Positions 13,467 to 26,209 of a stretch of 64,000 nucleotides of DNA are shown one piece after another (position 1 is the stretch's first letter; every line of letters starts with the position of its first letter). Source of the stretch: Eledone cirrhosa (taxonomy: Eukaryota); contig CAXHJY010000093.1 in the NCBI GenBank assembly GCA_964016885.1, forward strand, positions 62,001 to 126,000, in the 5' to 3' direction. A model generated the notes under the pieces. It saw only the letters and a list, made by a program, of their open reading frames with translations, ran no database searches and was not told the origin of the DNA. A program made the position numbers and the translations under genes.

Positions 13467-13939
13467 ACTGATGACAAAGATGACAACCACATCAAAACAA
13501 CAACCACCATTGTTTAGACATGTAAGTGGGGGTAGTGGTAGTGATGTTAATGAAATGGTAGTGGTGGTGGTGGTGGTGGTGCTAGTAGTGGTGGTGGTGG
13601 TGGTAGTATTGGTGGGGGTGTCAGTGCAGTGGTGGGGAATGGTAAACATACTATCCATCCTTGTTATACCACCACTAGTGGTATTGGTGACAGTAATAGC
13701 AATGGTGGTGGTGGTGGTGGTGGTGGTGACTATAGTGGTGTTGGTGACAGTAATAGTGGTGTTGGTGGCCATGACTATACTGGTATTGGTGACAGTAATA
13801 GCAGTGGTGGTGGTGGTGGCAGGGATGATGACAAAGATTAACATAGTCAAAATGAAATAAGACAGCAGAGGTGGGTGATGGATGGTCTATGGCTGGGAAG
13901 AATGTCAGACCAGCTCCAGAATAGGTTTCCACAGTTATA

Positions 13940-15145
13940 TGAGACACACACCCCTACCACATATCCCAGCTACACACACATACACACACTCCTACCACAT
14001 ATCCCAGCTACACACACATACACACACTCCTACCACATATCCCAGCTACACACACATACACACACCCCTACCACATATCCCAGCTATCAGCACACATTAC
14101 ACACACACACCCATACCACGTTTTCCCCCATCCCAGCTACCACTACACACACACACACACACACACACACTTACATTTGTCACATTTCAATCACCATATC
14201 ACACACACACATCCTTTCTACACATGTGCCATCCCAACCACTACACATCTCTCAGACACACACTACTCTACATGTCCCATCACAGCCATCACCACTACAC
14301 ACACACACACACCACGACACACGCAGACCACGGCACACAAACATACACACCACGACACTCAGACCACGGCACACAAACATACACACCACCACACACACCA
14401 CGACACACACACACAAACACACACACCACGACACACAAACATACACACCACGACACACAAACATACACACCACCATGGCACACAAACATACACACACACC
14501 ACGACACACCACGGCACACAAACATACACACCACGACACTCAGACCACGGCACACAAACACACACCACCATGGCACACAAACATACACACCACCACACAC
14601 CATGGCACACAAACATACACCACGACACACAGACCACGGCACACAAACATACACACCACGACACACAGACCACGGCACACAAACATACACACCACGACAC
14701 AGACCACGGCACACAAACATACACACCACCATGGCACACAAACATACACACCACCACACACCACAGCACACAAACATACACACCACGACACACAGACACA
14801 GACACACAAAGAGTTAGATGAGAGAGGCCATGTTTAGGTGACATGCTATTTACATTGGCTTCGTTTTGAGAAACAGAGAAGACAGAATCCTTTTCTGGTA
14901 AAATAGCCCCAAGTCTTCTGTTGTAGCAATAATAATACCACCACATAATAATAATACCACCACATAGTAATAATACCACCACATAATAATAATACCACCA
15001 CATAATAATAATACCACCACATAATAATAATACCACCACATAATAATAATACCACCACATAATGATAATACCACCACATAATAATAATACCACCACATAA
15101 TAATAATACCACCACATAATGATAATACCACCACATAATAATAAT
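13940..15145. repeat. Cluster of CA-rich minisatellites and a 19-bp array
   Basis: ctaccacatatcccagctacacacac x4; accacggcacacaaacatacacac repeats; aataataataccaccacat array at 14925-15145. Confidence 0.9.
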
Positions 15146-15175
15146 GATATATCAAACGACGACCACCACTACAGA

Positions 15176-15335
15176 ATAATTGTTTCTACGTTAGGCACAA
15201 GGCCAGCAATTACCCAAGTGTATTACTGGTACATTATTTTATCGACCCCGTAAGGATGAAAGGCAAAGTTAACCTCGACGGGATTTGAACTCCGACCGTA
15301 AAGGGACGTAACTCTGCTGGAAAGCATGGCGTCCA
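15176..15335 (-). mobile_element. SINE family 1
   Basis: Reverse-complement match to 29208-29394. Confidence 0.85.
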
Positions 15336-16572
15336 ATAATAATAATGATATTGGTGATAATAGAAAAAATAATAATGGTGTAGTGTGTTGTGGAGGCGAA
15401 ATATAGTGTGTGTGTATTTGGTATATTATATGTGTGTGTGTGTGTGTGTGTATTTGGTGTAGTGTGTGTGTATTTGGTATATTATAATATGTGTGTGTGT
15501 GTGTGTGTATTTGGTGTAGTGTGTGTGTGTGTGTGTGTGTATTTGGTGTAGTGTGTGTGTGTGTGTAAAGGAAGCTGTCTGCTGTTACAAAGATATGTCG
15601 TTAAGATTGGGTTTTGTCTTTGTGTCACTTCTGTCTTGTATGGCTCAGCTTTCTTCCAGTATTACCCCCCCCCCTCTCTAGATGTCCCCACTCTCTTTCT
15701 AGATGCCCCCCCCGCTCCATCACACTCTCTCTCTAGATGTTCCCCCCACTCCCTCTAGATGTCCTCCCCCCACTCTCTAACCTCTCCATCCATCTTGTGA
15801 AATTCTTCTTCTCTGGTTTGTTAGTTTACTCCAGAATAGGTTTCCAGAGTTACGACACACACGCACGCACACACACACACATACACACACATAAACATAG
15901 GCTGACCAAGATACTCTCATGGAATGACCAACAAATGTTGTTTGGAAGGGGAATATTCCTTTCGAGTTAATATATAGGAATAAAGAGTGTGTGTGTGTGT
16001 GTGTGTGTAGATTGAATTGCATATGTGTGTGTGTGATTTCTCATTTAGTGTGAGTATGTAACCATCTAATGAAACCTGTGTACGTGTGTGTACATACACG
16101 TACACACACATACATGTACACACACACACGTACATACACATACATGTACACACACGTACATACACACACATGCACGTACACACACACACGTACACACACA
16201 CGTACACACACACATTCACACACATGTACACATACATGTTCACACACACATACGCGTATACACACGTACACATACACACACACATACATATACACACATA
16301 CATACATACACGTACACAGACATGACATTGTTGAAATACCTTGTAGGAAAGGTGATAGCCAAGTGTGGTGGTTTTTGTGTCAACTGCTGAATCTACTGGC
16401 AAATCACTTTACGCCATCTGTGATTCTCGTTTGGTCATGTGACCAGTTCTGTTCCCCCCCACCCCTGTTGTGTTATATGTAGATGTAATGTTATGGTTAC
16501 TGGTCTATAGGTGTGGTAGATGTACTTTTAAGATTACAATCAGTGTTCTTAAATTGTCACCATCCACAAGTC

Positions 16573-16760
16573 TGTTAGCCATCACCATCCATTACCATCC
16601 ATTAGCCATCACCATCCATACCATATGTTAGCCATCACCATCCATTACCATCCGTTAGCCATCACCATCCATTACCATCCGTTAGCCATCACCATCCATT
16701 ACCATCCGTTAGCAATCACCATCCATTACCATCCACCATCTGTTAGCCATCACCATCTGT
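16573..16760. repeat. Minisatellite, 27-bp unit
   Basis: gttagccatcaccatccattaccatcc in tandem. Confidence 0.9.
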
Positions 16761-16889
16761 TGAAACTGCAAGAGCTCAGCCGTCGGGTCTCAACTCTTTA
16801 TAATATAACCATACTCTACTACTCCATGTATTGAGTTCTCTGGTGAGTAATGGTCTAACTAGTTTAAAACTGAATTCATCCTGATGTGT

Positions 16890-17067
16890 ATATATAAATA
16901 TACATATGTCCCAAGGCTCTGATACCATCAACACTATAAACACAGAGCTGGCATATCTAAGAACTGACTAACTGCCTGATGAGGTCATAGCCATTCAATG
17001 GCTATCATCGAAATATATATAGCAGTAAATAAAGGATTATGAGTTCATGCAATTGACTTCTGTTTCG

Positions 17068-17071
<4 letters not shown>
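16890..17071 (+). mobile_element. ~180-bp hammerhead-bearing non-autonomous element inserted in (TA)n
   Basis: Near-identical end to end to 25286-25465 (one 2-nt indel, two substitutions seen). Order is HHR, AATAAA, short tail, (TA)n. Confidence 0.75.
16971..17026 (+). ncRNA. Type-I hammerhead ribozyme motif (family B), intact core
   Basis: actgc-CTGATGA-GGT c ATAGCCAT tca ATGGCTAT c ATC-GAAA-TATATA-TA-gcagt. 5-bp stem I, G-C-closed long stem II, palindromic ATATATAT helix III. Predicted cleavage after 17021. Confidence 0.85.
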
Positions 17072-17147
<76 letters not shown>

Positions 17148-17354
17148 CCCAGGAGGTGTAACTAGGAGTTACTGCAGGTTCACCCGGGAGATATATATAT
17201 ATATATCATCATCATTTTACGTCCGCTTTGCCCTGCTTGCAAATATATATATATATATATTTCATTTGCACCGTTTCCTCTCACCCCCTTTTTTCTATAT
17301 GTCTCTCCACCACTCCCCTACACACCCTTGGAACTCTCTTCCCACACACTTTTC

Positions 17355-17386
17355 GCCTGAAGAAGGGCTTATGCCCGAAACGTCGT
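17355..17386 (+). ncRNA. Minimal hammerhead ribozyme motif (family A-related)
   Basis: gc-CTGAAGA-A-GGGC ttat GCCC-GAAA-CGT-C-gt. Perfect core and stem II, ACGT palindrome, GUC site; stem I is only ~2 bp. The tail (agcgtgaaactaataaa...gtactg) resembles family A and ends in (TA)n at ~17480. Confidence 0.7.
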
Positions 17387-17474
17387 TCCCCACCACCACC
17401 CCACTCTCAAGAGCGTGAAACTAATAAACCTTTGTTCGTACTGCCTCTCTGTTTTGTTCCCGTTCAATTTTTTA

Positions 17475-17544
<70 letters not shown>

Positions 17545-17603
17545 GTTGATTTAAAACTGCACTATCCACAAGTGTTTTTTAGCCTTCATATCATGTTCTC
17601 CTG

Positions 17604-17670
17604 TTTTATCTGATGAAAACACAAATATTATTGCATGATGATGTTTGTTTTTGAAATGCGCATAATAAAA
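17604..17670 (+). ncRNA. Type-I hammerhead ribozyme motif (family C)
   Basis: ttttat-CTGATGA-[15-bp stem II aaacacaaatattat/atgatgtttgttttt, 1 mismatch, loop tgcatg]-GAAA-TGCGCA-TA-ataaaa. 6-bp stem I, palindromic ATGCGCAT helix III. Confidence 0.8.
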
Positions 17671-17700
17671 TACATGGAACTCCTTTAACCATCTTTTGAT

Positions 17701-17757
<57 letters not shown>

Positions 17758-17887
17758 GTGAGGTTTTTTTACAAAATGAAAAATAACCGAGGTGTCCTAC
17801 ACGAGTAAAAGTATAAAGAAAAAAAGATGAAATCGAAAATGCAACTGGAGTCTTATTTATAAAAATATATATATATTTATTTGGTTC

Positions 17888-17923
17888 CTTTACCGGTTTC
17901 GCAGTTCTTCTGCTTTTCAAAAG
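17888..17923 (-). ncRNA. Minimal type-I hammerhead motif with U3-A8 core variant (family D)
   Basis: Minus strand: ctt-TTGAAAA-GCAG aagaa CTGC-GAAA-CCGG-TA-aag. Followed by AATAAA and a tail ending at the (TA)n at 17703-17750. Confidence 0.65.
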
Positions 17924-18014
17924 TAGAGTTGAGATGGAGGGTCTGTGGTTTTTCTCACTGTTGAAACTACAAGAACTCAGCTGTCGGGTCCCAACTTTTT
18001 ATAATATAACCTTA

Positions 18015-18064
<50 letters not shown>

Positions 18065-18225
18065 ACCTGAATGTGTAGTTGTAATCACTAAAGGAAGACC
18101 CCTCAACATGTAATCATAGAGGTAAATATACTATACTAATATAAGATACATGGCCGACTGGTGTATACCTTCCTAGGTACTCACAGTTTCCCAAAGCAAG
18201 TTGATGTTACTTCATTCCTCATATA

Positions 18226-18258
<33 letters not shown>

Positions 18259-18608
18259 TTGTGTATATATGTATGTGTATGTATATATTTGTGTATATGT
18301 ATGTATATATGTGTGTATATGTATGTATATATTTGTGTATATATGTATGTGTATATTTGTGTATATATGTATGTGTATATTTGTGTATATATGTATGTGT
18401 ATATTTGTGTATATATGTATGTATATATTTGTGTATATGTATGTATATATGTGTGTATATGTATGTATATATGTGTGTATATATGTATGTGTATGTATAT
18501 ATTTGTATATATGTATGTATGTATATATTTGTGCATATATGTATGTGTATGTATATATTTGTGTATATATGTATGTGTATGTATATATTTGTGTATATGT
18601 ATGTATAT

Positions 18609-18815
18609 GATCTGGAGATCTCTCTGCACTTGCCGTCACATGGTACCATGGGCCCAGCACTATGTGTCAATAATTGTCACAAGTGTAGTGTTTGTACCAG
18701 AGTTTTCAAGTCGCTGGCTGGACTGAAAAGTCACACTCGTTCAGCGCATCGGTAGGGGTTCTCCTACATGGATATAAAGTAGTGACCGTACTCGAAAACG
18801 AGTTGGCAGCCACCA
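18609..18815 (+). mobile_element. LINE (probably RTE) 3' end with a C-terminal C2H2 zinc finger
   Basis: CSVCTRVFKSLAGLKSHTRSAHR* (stop at 18755), then a short 3' UTR with hairpin ctcg-aaaa-cgag ending in (TATG)n. No splice context. Confidence 0.6.
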
Positions 18816-19043
18816 TATGTATGTATGTATATATATGTGTGTGTGTGTGTCAGTATTTTTTGTTCTAAATGATGATGGTAGTAGTGTTGGTGGTGATTGT
18901 GTATACATGTGCATGTGTGACTGTAGACATGCCTATCTGTCCATGTGGACATGTGTTACTATGTCCCAGACAGCCATGTTTCTTTAATAGTACACCCTCC
19001 CCTTCTCTCTAGCCCCAGTTTTATCATTATTGCTGTATTCCAG

Positions 19044-19077
<34 letters not shown>

Positions 19078-19914
19078 CAACTCAGAACACACCCACTCCC
19101 AATCTTTTACTCCCCCCCCCCTCCCTCAATCTGTTCTGCTCCATCAATCACGCAATACTGTGCACGATTCCAGTTGTAATAAACTTAGCTGGAGAGGCAG
19201 AACATTCTTTAGAATTAGGGTGTGTTTGTGGTGGTGGTGGTGAGGATATGGTGGTGGTGGTGGTGGTGGGGATATGGTGGTGGTGGTGGTGGTGGGGATA
19301 TGGGAGGGAGGGAGAGAGAGAGAGTCCCAAGTTAAGAGAGAGGTAAAACCCTAGTAATAGTGAAGATGATACGGTGGTGTGGTGGTGGTGGGTTTGTTTT
19401 TTTTTTCATTGATATGAAGGGTTTTCGAATCATAGATAGGGTGGGGTGGGGTGGAATATGACGTTGACGATGATGGTGATGGTGGTGATATCGACGACGA
19501 CGACGACGATGATGGTGATGGTGATATCGACGACGACGATGATGATGATGGTGATGATGGTGATATCGACGATGACGACGACGATGATGATGATATCGAC
19601 GACGACGACAAGATGGTCGCCGCCCCCTCCCCCAACAATGGCAGCTGAACGATGAAGTCTAAATCCTTCTTTACCGTCTTTCATAGACTCCAGCAACTTT
19701 TTCACATTTGAAGCATTTTGACAGCAGCTTTGCATTTCATGCTTGGCTATAGATGTCTGTGTGTCTCTGTCTCTCTGTCTGTGTCTCTCTGTCTGTCTGT
19801 CTGTCTCTGTCTGTGTCTCTGTCTGTCTCTGTCTCTCTGTCTGTCTCTGTCTGTGTGTCTCTGTCTGTCTGTGTGTGTCTCTCTGTCTGTGTATGTGTGT
19901 GTCTGTGTGTATGT

Positions 19915-19953
<39 letters not shown>

Positions 19954-20319
19954 TGTCTGCCTGTGTGTGTGTGTGTATGTCTGTGTGTGTGTGTATGTCT
20001 GTGTGTGTAATATCACACATGGATTGTATATATATATATATATATATGCGTGTGTGTGTATAGTTATATATATGTGTGTGTGTGTGTATAGTTATATATA
20101 TGTGTGTGTGTGTGTGTTATATGTGCACACATGTATGTGGGGGTATATATATATGGTGGTAGTGTAGGTGAAGGTGGCGGCAGTGTGACTAACAAACACC
20201 CCCCCCCCCTCGTATGTCCTTCTGGCCATCAGCAGCAGTTATTATATATTTCAGCATTTCTTTTGCTATGACATTTCTTAATTATCTTTTACATGGAATG
20301 GTGTTATTATTGTCAGTTA

Positions 20320-20540
20320 GGGTGGCGGAGTGGCAGTGTCGGTAGAGCGGCGGACAGCATGCTTAGTAGCATAGAGTTGCGTCCCTTTATGATCTGAGTT
20401 CAAATCCTGTTGAGGTTAGCTTTCCCTTTCAACCTTTCGGGGTCGATAAAATAAAGTACCAGTAACACACTGGGGTTGATTTAATCGACTTCCCCCTCTC
20501 CCCAAATTGCTGGCCTTGTGTCTAAAGTAGAAACCATTAT
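20320..20540 (+). mobile_element. SINE family 1, long-tail variant
   Basis: Same head and body, plus an extra gttgatttaatcgacttcccc segment. Confidence 0.85.
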
Positions 20541-20555
20541 TATCTCTACTACAGA

Positions 20556-21045
20556 TGTTGTTCCTCTCTAAATTTCTGTGGCATTGTGGCACCAGTTATA
20601 TACTGAGGTTCAACTAAATCATCTCTGTATATATTGTTCTCCTCTAAATTTCTGTGGCATTGTGGCACCAGTTATATACTGGGGTTCAACTAAATCATCT
20701 CTATATATATTGTTCTCCTCTAAATTTCTGTGGCATTGTGGTACCAGTTATATACTGGGGTTCAACTAAATCATCTCTATATATATTGTTCTCCTCTAAA
20801 TTTCTGTGGCATTGTGGTACCAGTTATATACTGAGGTTCAACTAAATCATCTCTATATATATTGTTCTCCTCTAAATTTCTGTGGCATTGTGGCACCAGT
20901 TATATACTGGGGTTCAACTAAATCATCTCTATATATATTGTTCTCCTCTAAATTTCTGTGGCATTGTGGTACCAGTTATATACTGGGGTTCAACTAAATC
21001 ATCTCTATATATATTGTTCTTCTCTAAATTTCTGTGGCATTATGC
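20556..21045. repeat. Minisatellite, 76-bp unit, ~6 copies
   Basis: ttgttctcctctaaatttctgtggcattgtgg(c/t)accagttatatactg(g/a)ggttcaactaaatcatctctatatata in tandem. Confidence 0.95.
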
Positions 21046-22534
21046 CAACTGAAAGAAAAAAATCTTTAAAATTTCTTTTTGTTGCTATTTTGGAGCTCTC
21101 CTTCCGAAGTTGTCTGTTAGGGAACTCTCCATAATAATACCAGTGGTGTTATTTTCTTTTATTAAAGTTGTTTCAGTCTTTAGACAGAATAAGAGTGTGT
21201 GGTTCTAAATAGAATCTAGAACCATAACAGCCGCCAGCTCCTGATTATGGTGAAAGAGAGGAGGAGGTTTTTCTAGTTTCTTTATATCACTCCCTACCTA
21301 AGGAAAGAAGGGATGTGATGGTGGCGGTGGTGCTGGTAGTGGTAGTGGTGGTGGTGGTGGTGGTGGTTGTAATGCTGGTGGTAGTGGTAGTAGTGGTGGT
21401 GCTCGTAGTGCTGGTGATAATGATGATGGTGGTGGTGGTGGCAGTGCTGGTAGTGGTGGAGGTGATGGTGGTGGTCGTAATGCTGGAAGTAGTGGTGGTT
21501 GTAGTAGTGCTGGTGGTGGTGGTGGTGGTGGTTGTGGTGGTAGTGGTGATGGTGGTGGTGGTTGTGGTGGTGGTGATAGTGGTGGTGGTAGTGGTGGTGA
21601 TAATGGTGATGGTGGTGGTAGTGGTGGTGATAATGATGGTGGTGGTGGTGATAGTGGTGGTAGTAGTGGTGGTAATAATGGTGGTGGTGGTGATTACCAT
21701 GATGCTATTACAGACAGTTACAATAAACTCTATAACTAAATAAACTCTGTATGGAGGCAGTTGTAATAACTTAATCATTCCCTGACATCAACTATTACCA
21801 ATTTGTAAATATATCTCCCTTATAATACAGCAGATTTCATACTTATACACTCTTAATAGCCCCACCACCACCATTATCATTATCATCACACCACCACCAC
21901 CATCATTATCACCACCATCATCATCATTATCATCACCTCACCACCATCATCATTATCATCACCACCACCACCACTACCATCATTATCACCACCACCATCA
22001 TCATTATCATCACACCACCACCACCACCACCACCACCACCACACCCCTCCCAGGAATAAGTGAGTGAAGAAGATGATAATATCAAGCAGTCACAACTCTT
22101 GGCAGAAACGTAAAATAAAGTGTCTTGCTGAAGGACATAATGCACATCAGCTGATCTGGGAACCAACCTCACAACCTCACAATTCTGAATCCAATTCTCT
22201 AACCACTAAGCTACAAGTCTTTACTATGTAACTGAGTTTAATTTCATATATATATGATTATAATATAATGTAAATGTTGGAAACCCTATTCCTTTTTTCC
22301 ACAGAAACTGAAAACAGTTAAATATGTTCGTGAGAGTCTGGTTGCAGAAATGTGTTTATTAAATACTGTTTTTATATATATTTATATATATTTTATATAT
22401 TTTTATATATATTTTATATATATATATATATATGCAACACATAACTGATTGAATATATCGAAGTGTAAACTTCAATATGTATGTATGTATATGTACGTAT
22501 GTGTATATATACATGTGTATGTGTATGTGTGTAT

Positions 22535-22603
<69 letters not shown>

Positions 22604-22707
22604 ACACATAACTGATTGAATATATTGAAGTGTAAACTTCAATATATATGTATGTATGTATATGTATGTATGTGCATATATACATGTGTATGTGTGTGTG
22701 TGTGTAT

Positions 22708-22748
<41 letters not shown>

Positions 22749-22754
22749 TACATA

Positions 22755-22853
22755 CAGAGTATCCCAAAAAAATATATACACTTTGATTATCTGCCCAGGC
22801 AATATTTATTAGGATGCTGATGAAGTGTATTTACATTTTTGGGGGACACCCTG
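22755..22853. mobile_element. Tc1/mariner-like MITE (99 bp)
   Basis: TA|cagagtatcccaaaaa..atacactt...aagtgtat..tttttgggggacaccctg|TA. Confidence 0.75.
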
Positions 22854-22855
22854 TA

Positions 22856-23009
<154 letters not shown>

Positions 23010-23544
23010 AATCTAGATTGCTTTTCGGAAATGAATGAATATTACAACAAACCTTTAGGCCTGGTGTTTAATTTAAAAGCAAATGTATTTTCACGAATCA
23101 GTAAAAGTGCAAGTTTGTTCTAAACCCTCTCCACCACAACTACCACTATATCCCTCATTGTCATTTGGTTACACACACACACATGCATATATATATACAC
23201 ACACACACACTCACACATATATATATATACACACACACTCACACTCACACGAGTGCCTTTGGACTGTTTCTGTCAACTAAATTCATTTACAAGCCATTCA
23301 TCAGCCAAGGGCTATAGAAGGAGAGAAGACACTTGCTCAAGGGTGCCATGTAGTTGTAAAACAAACGTCATAACCACATTGCCAATGTCTGCCTTTCTTT
23401 GATTAAAATGAATTTAAAAAGAAAACCAATATCTGGTTCCTAACAATGGACGACTCTTTATTTTGCTTCCCCTTGTTTGTTGTGTTATGATTATATCTGA
23501 ATACAGCTCAAGTCAGTTGTAATATTATAATAGATTCGAGTGTG

Positions 23545-23900
23545 GTGGATCGGTAGAGGGTCGGAGACCATGGTCCTTATTGTCTTGGCAGTATCGGTAG
23601 AGGGTCGGACACCATGCTTTAACGCATAGTTATGGCCCTTGCTATTCTGAGTTCAAATCCCGCCGAGATTAACTTTGCCTTTCATCCTTACATGGTCGAT
23701 AAAATAAAGTACCAGTAATACACTGGGTAATTGCTGGCCTTGTGCCAAAAGTAGAAACAATTATTACCGTACAGGGGTGGTGGAGTGACGGTATTGGTAG
23801 AGTGTTGGACACCATGCTTTGCTGTTTATAGTTCAGCTTCTTTACATTCTGAGCTCTATTGGCAGTAGAATCGGTAGAGTGTCGGACATCATGCTCATTT
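23545..23900 (+). mobile_element. SINE family 1 full copy with three additional head fragments
   Basis: Head motif (t)cggtagag.gtcggacaccatg at ~23549, 23594, 23793 and 23870; full body at ~23587-23762. Confidence 0.8.
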
Positions 23901-24309
23901 TTGAGGCAATAAAAATTCAGCGAAATACACTCCCCTCCTCCCCTTCCTCTTCCCAAGCCCTGGATTGCTTTACAACTCCTCATTGATCCATCATCTCCAC
24001 CACTCCACTACCCCATCTCCACCACTCCACTACCCCATCTCCACCACTCAACGACCCCTCCCCATCTCCACCACTCAACGACCCCTCCCTCATCTCCACC
24101 ACTCAACGACCCCTCCCCCATATCCACCACTCCACTCAACTCCCCCACCCCACCTCTCCACCACTCAACAACCCCCACCACTCAACAACCCCCACCACAC
24201 CCCACTACTCAACAACTCCCCCACCCTCTCCATCACTCAACAACTTCTGCAACTCTTTTATAAGGGATTAAAAGAGATAATATCCTCATGAAAAAATGTT
24301 AGTCTGCTG

Positions 24310-24610
24310 CTGTTGACAGTGTGTATATAGTATTGACAGTGTGTATATGATGTTGACAGTGTGTATATGATGTTGACAGTGTGTATATAGTATTGACAGT
24401 GTGTATATAGTATTGACAGTGTGTATATAGTATTGACTGTGTGTATAGAGTATTGACTGTGTGTATAGAGTATTGACTGTGTGTATAGAGTATTGACAGT
24501 GTGTGTATGATCTTGACAGTGTGTATATAGTATTGACAGTGTGTATATAGTATTGACTGTGTGTGTATGTGATGTTGACAGTGTGCGTGTGCATGCGATG
24601 TTGACTGTGT
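24310..24610. repeat. Minisatellite, 20-bp unit
   Basis: tattgacagtgtgtatatag in tandem. Confidence 0.9.
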
Positions 24611-25285
24611 GTGTGTGAGTTGATGTGTAGTGTACACTTCAGTTAGTGTGTATGTGTACACTGTGTGGGTGGGGTGGTGTAAGTCATGTTGACACAACTA
24701 TCATGGCTTTTGTTGTTTTTTCCCCCCTATTTAAGTTGCTTGCTCTTTTCTGATGTTAAACTGTTACCATGGTGAGTGCCAGCTGCACCTCACCCCACCT
24801 ACACGCATGTGTGTGTATGTGTATCTGTGAATATATAAGTGTGTGTATGTGTATGTGAATATATATGTATGTGTATGTGTGTGAATGTGAATATATGTAT
24901 ATGTATGTGAATATATAAGAGTGTATATGTGTATCTGAATATATAAGTGTGTATGTGAATATATAAGTGTGTGTATATGTGTATTTGAATATGTGTGTGT
25001 GTGAATATAAGTGTGTGTATATGTGTGCTGTTATGGCTTTACACCTATGAAGGTTTAACTGTTCTTCCTGTCATTACATCTCATACGTTTCACATCAACT
25101 CTTAACTCCCTCAACTAATTTAAGAGAAAATAACTAAAAATATATTTGTTAATCCAAATGCTTATAGTGTTTTTAATACTGGACAGATGGCTGTGAACAT
25201 TTACAGTATGTGTTATTTACAATATTAAAATACAGATTGAAATTTATATTGTAATGATTTAGTAGAAAATGTCTAGAACCAAATC

Positions 25286-25465
25286 ATATATAAATATACA
25301 TATGTCCCAAGGCTCTGATACCATCAACACTATAAACACAGCTGGCATATCTAAGAACTGACTAACTGCCTGATGAGGTCATAGCCATTCAATGGCTATC
25401 ATCGAAATATATATAACAGTAAATAAAGGATTATGAGTTCATGCAATTGACTTATGTTTCGTCAC
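25286..25465 (+). mobile_element. Second copy of the ~180-bp hammerhead-bearing element
   Basis: Same boundaries and sequence as 16890-17071; flanked by TA-rich sequence on both sides. Confidence 0.75.
25365..25420 (+). ncRNA. Type-I hammerhead motif (family B, second copy)
   Basis: Identical to 16971-17026 except G>A at the first 3' base of stem I (acagt vs gcagt). Confidence 0.8.
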
Positions 25466-25467
25466 TA

Positions 25468-25503
<36 letters not shown>

Positions 25504-25552
25504 GTAATAATAATAAATATAAATAATAAAATCCGAAGAGGGCTCGATAAGG

Positions 25553-25603
<51 letters not shown>

Positions 25604-25719
25604 TAAAAACCATAGAGCAAATATTTATTAAAATAACAGATTAAAGTTTAAGGGTGAAAGCACCAATTCTTTGCTTAAACTCTAATCTGTTATTTTTATA
25701 TATATATATATAAGTCCTA

Positions 25720-25959
25720 AATAAATGAGGTCGTGTAGGTGTCACGACAAAAAAACACACAGTCCACGCTGTAATGTGGCCGTGTAGGTAACGCGGTAAA
25801 AACCTCCCAGTCCACACTGTAAACATGGTTGGTGTTAGGAAGGGCATCCAGCTGTAGAAAACCCACTAGACAGTCCTATGCAAGCAAGACAACCAATCTT
25901 GCCTCAAGTGGGAAAATTCCCGTTTAAACCCATGCAAGCGTGGAAGATGGACGTTAAAC

Positions 25960-26000
<41 letters not shown>
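25720..26000 (+). mobile_element. SINE/LINE 3' part with an RTE-type tail and (GAT)n
   Basis: ggtgttaggaagggcatccagc.gtagaaa...catgcaagcgtggaagatggacgttaaacgatgatgat. Minus-strand copies at ~47350-47550 and ~57650-57820. Confidence 0.8.
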
Positions 26001-26001
<1 letters not shown>

Positions 26002-26155
26002 ATATATATGATGGCTGCAACTTGATTTCAAGAAATGCCATTGCTTGATACTTAAGTATGAGCATTACAGTTATGGCTTTGTTGTCTTGGTAGGGACTTG
26101 CCTATGGCCAGCCATACCATGCATTGCAAAAAAATGTCACATATCAAGTGGTGCA

Positions 26156-26209
<54 letters not shown>

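Noticed and set aside
18678-18755. C2H2 zinc finger as a host ZNF gene exon
   Set aside because: Single finger with an immediate stop, no TGEKP linker or acceptor, and a short tail ending in microsatellite; it fits a LINE C-terminus better.
19600-19755. Nested minus-strand exon ([23 protein letters not shown]...)
   Set aside because: No recognisable domain or splice sites; it is flanked by simple repeats.
23255-23310. Minus-strand CTGATGA...GAAACAGTC hammerhead-like string
   Set aside because: No stem II, and it lies inside a decayed family-2 SINE; chance match.
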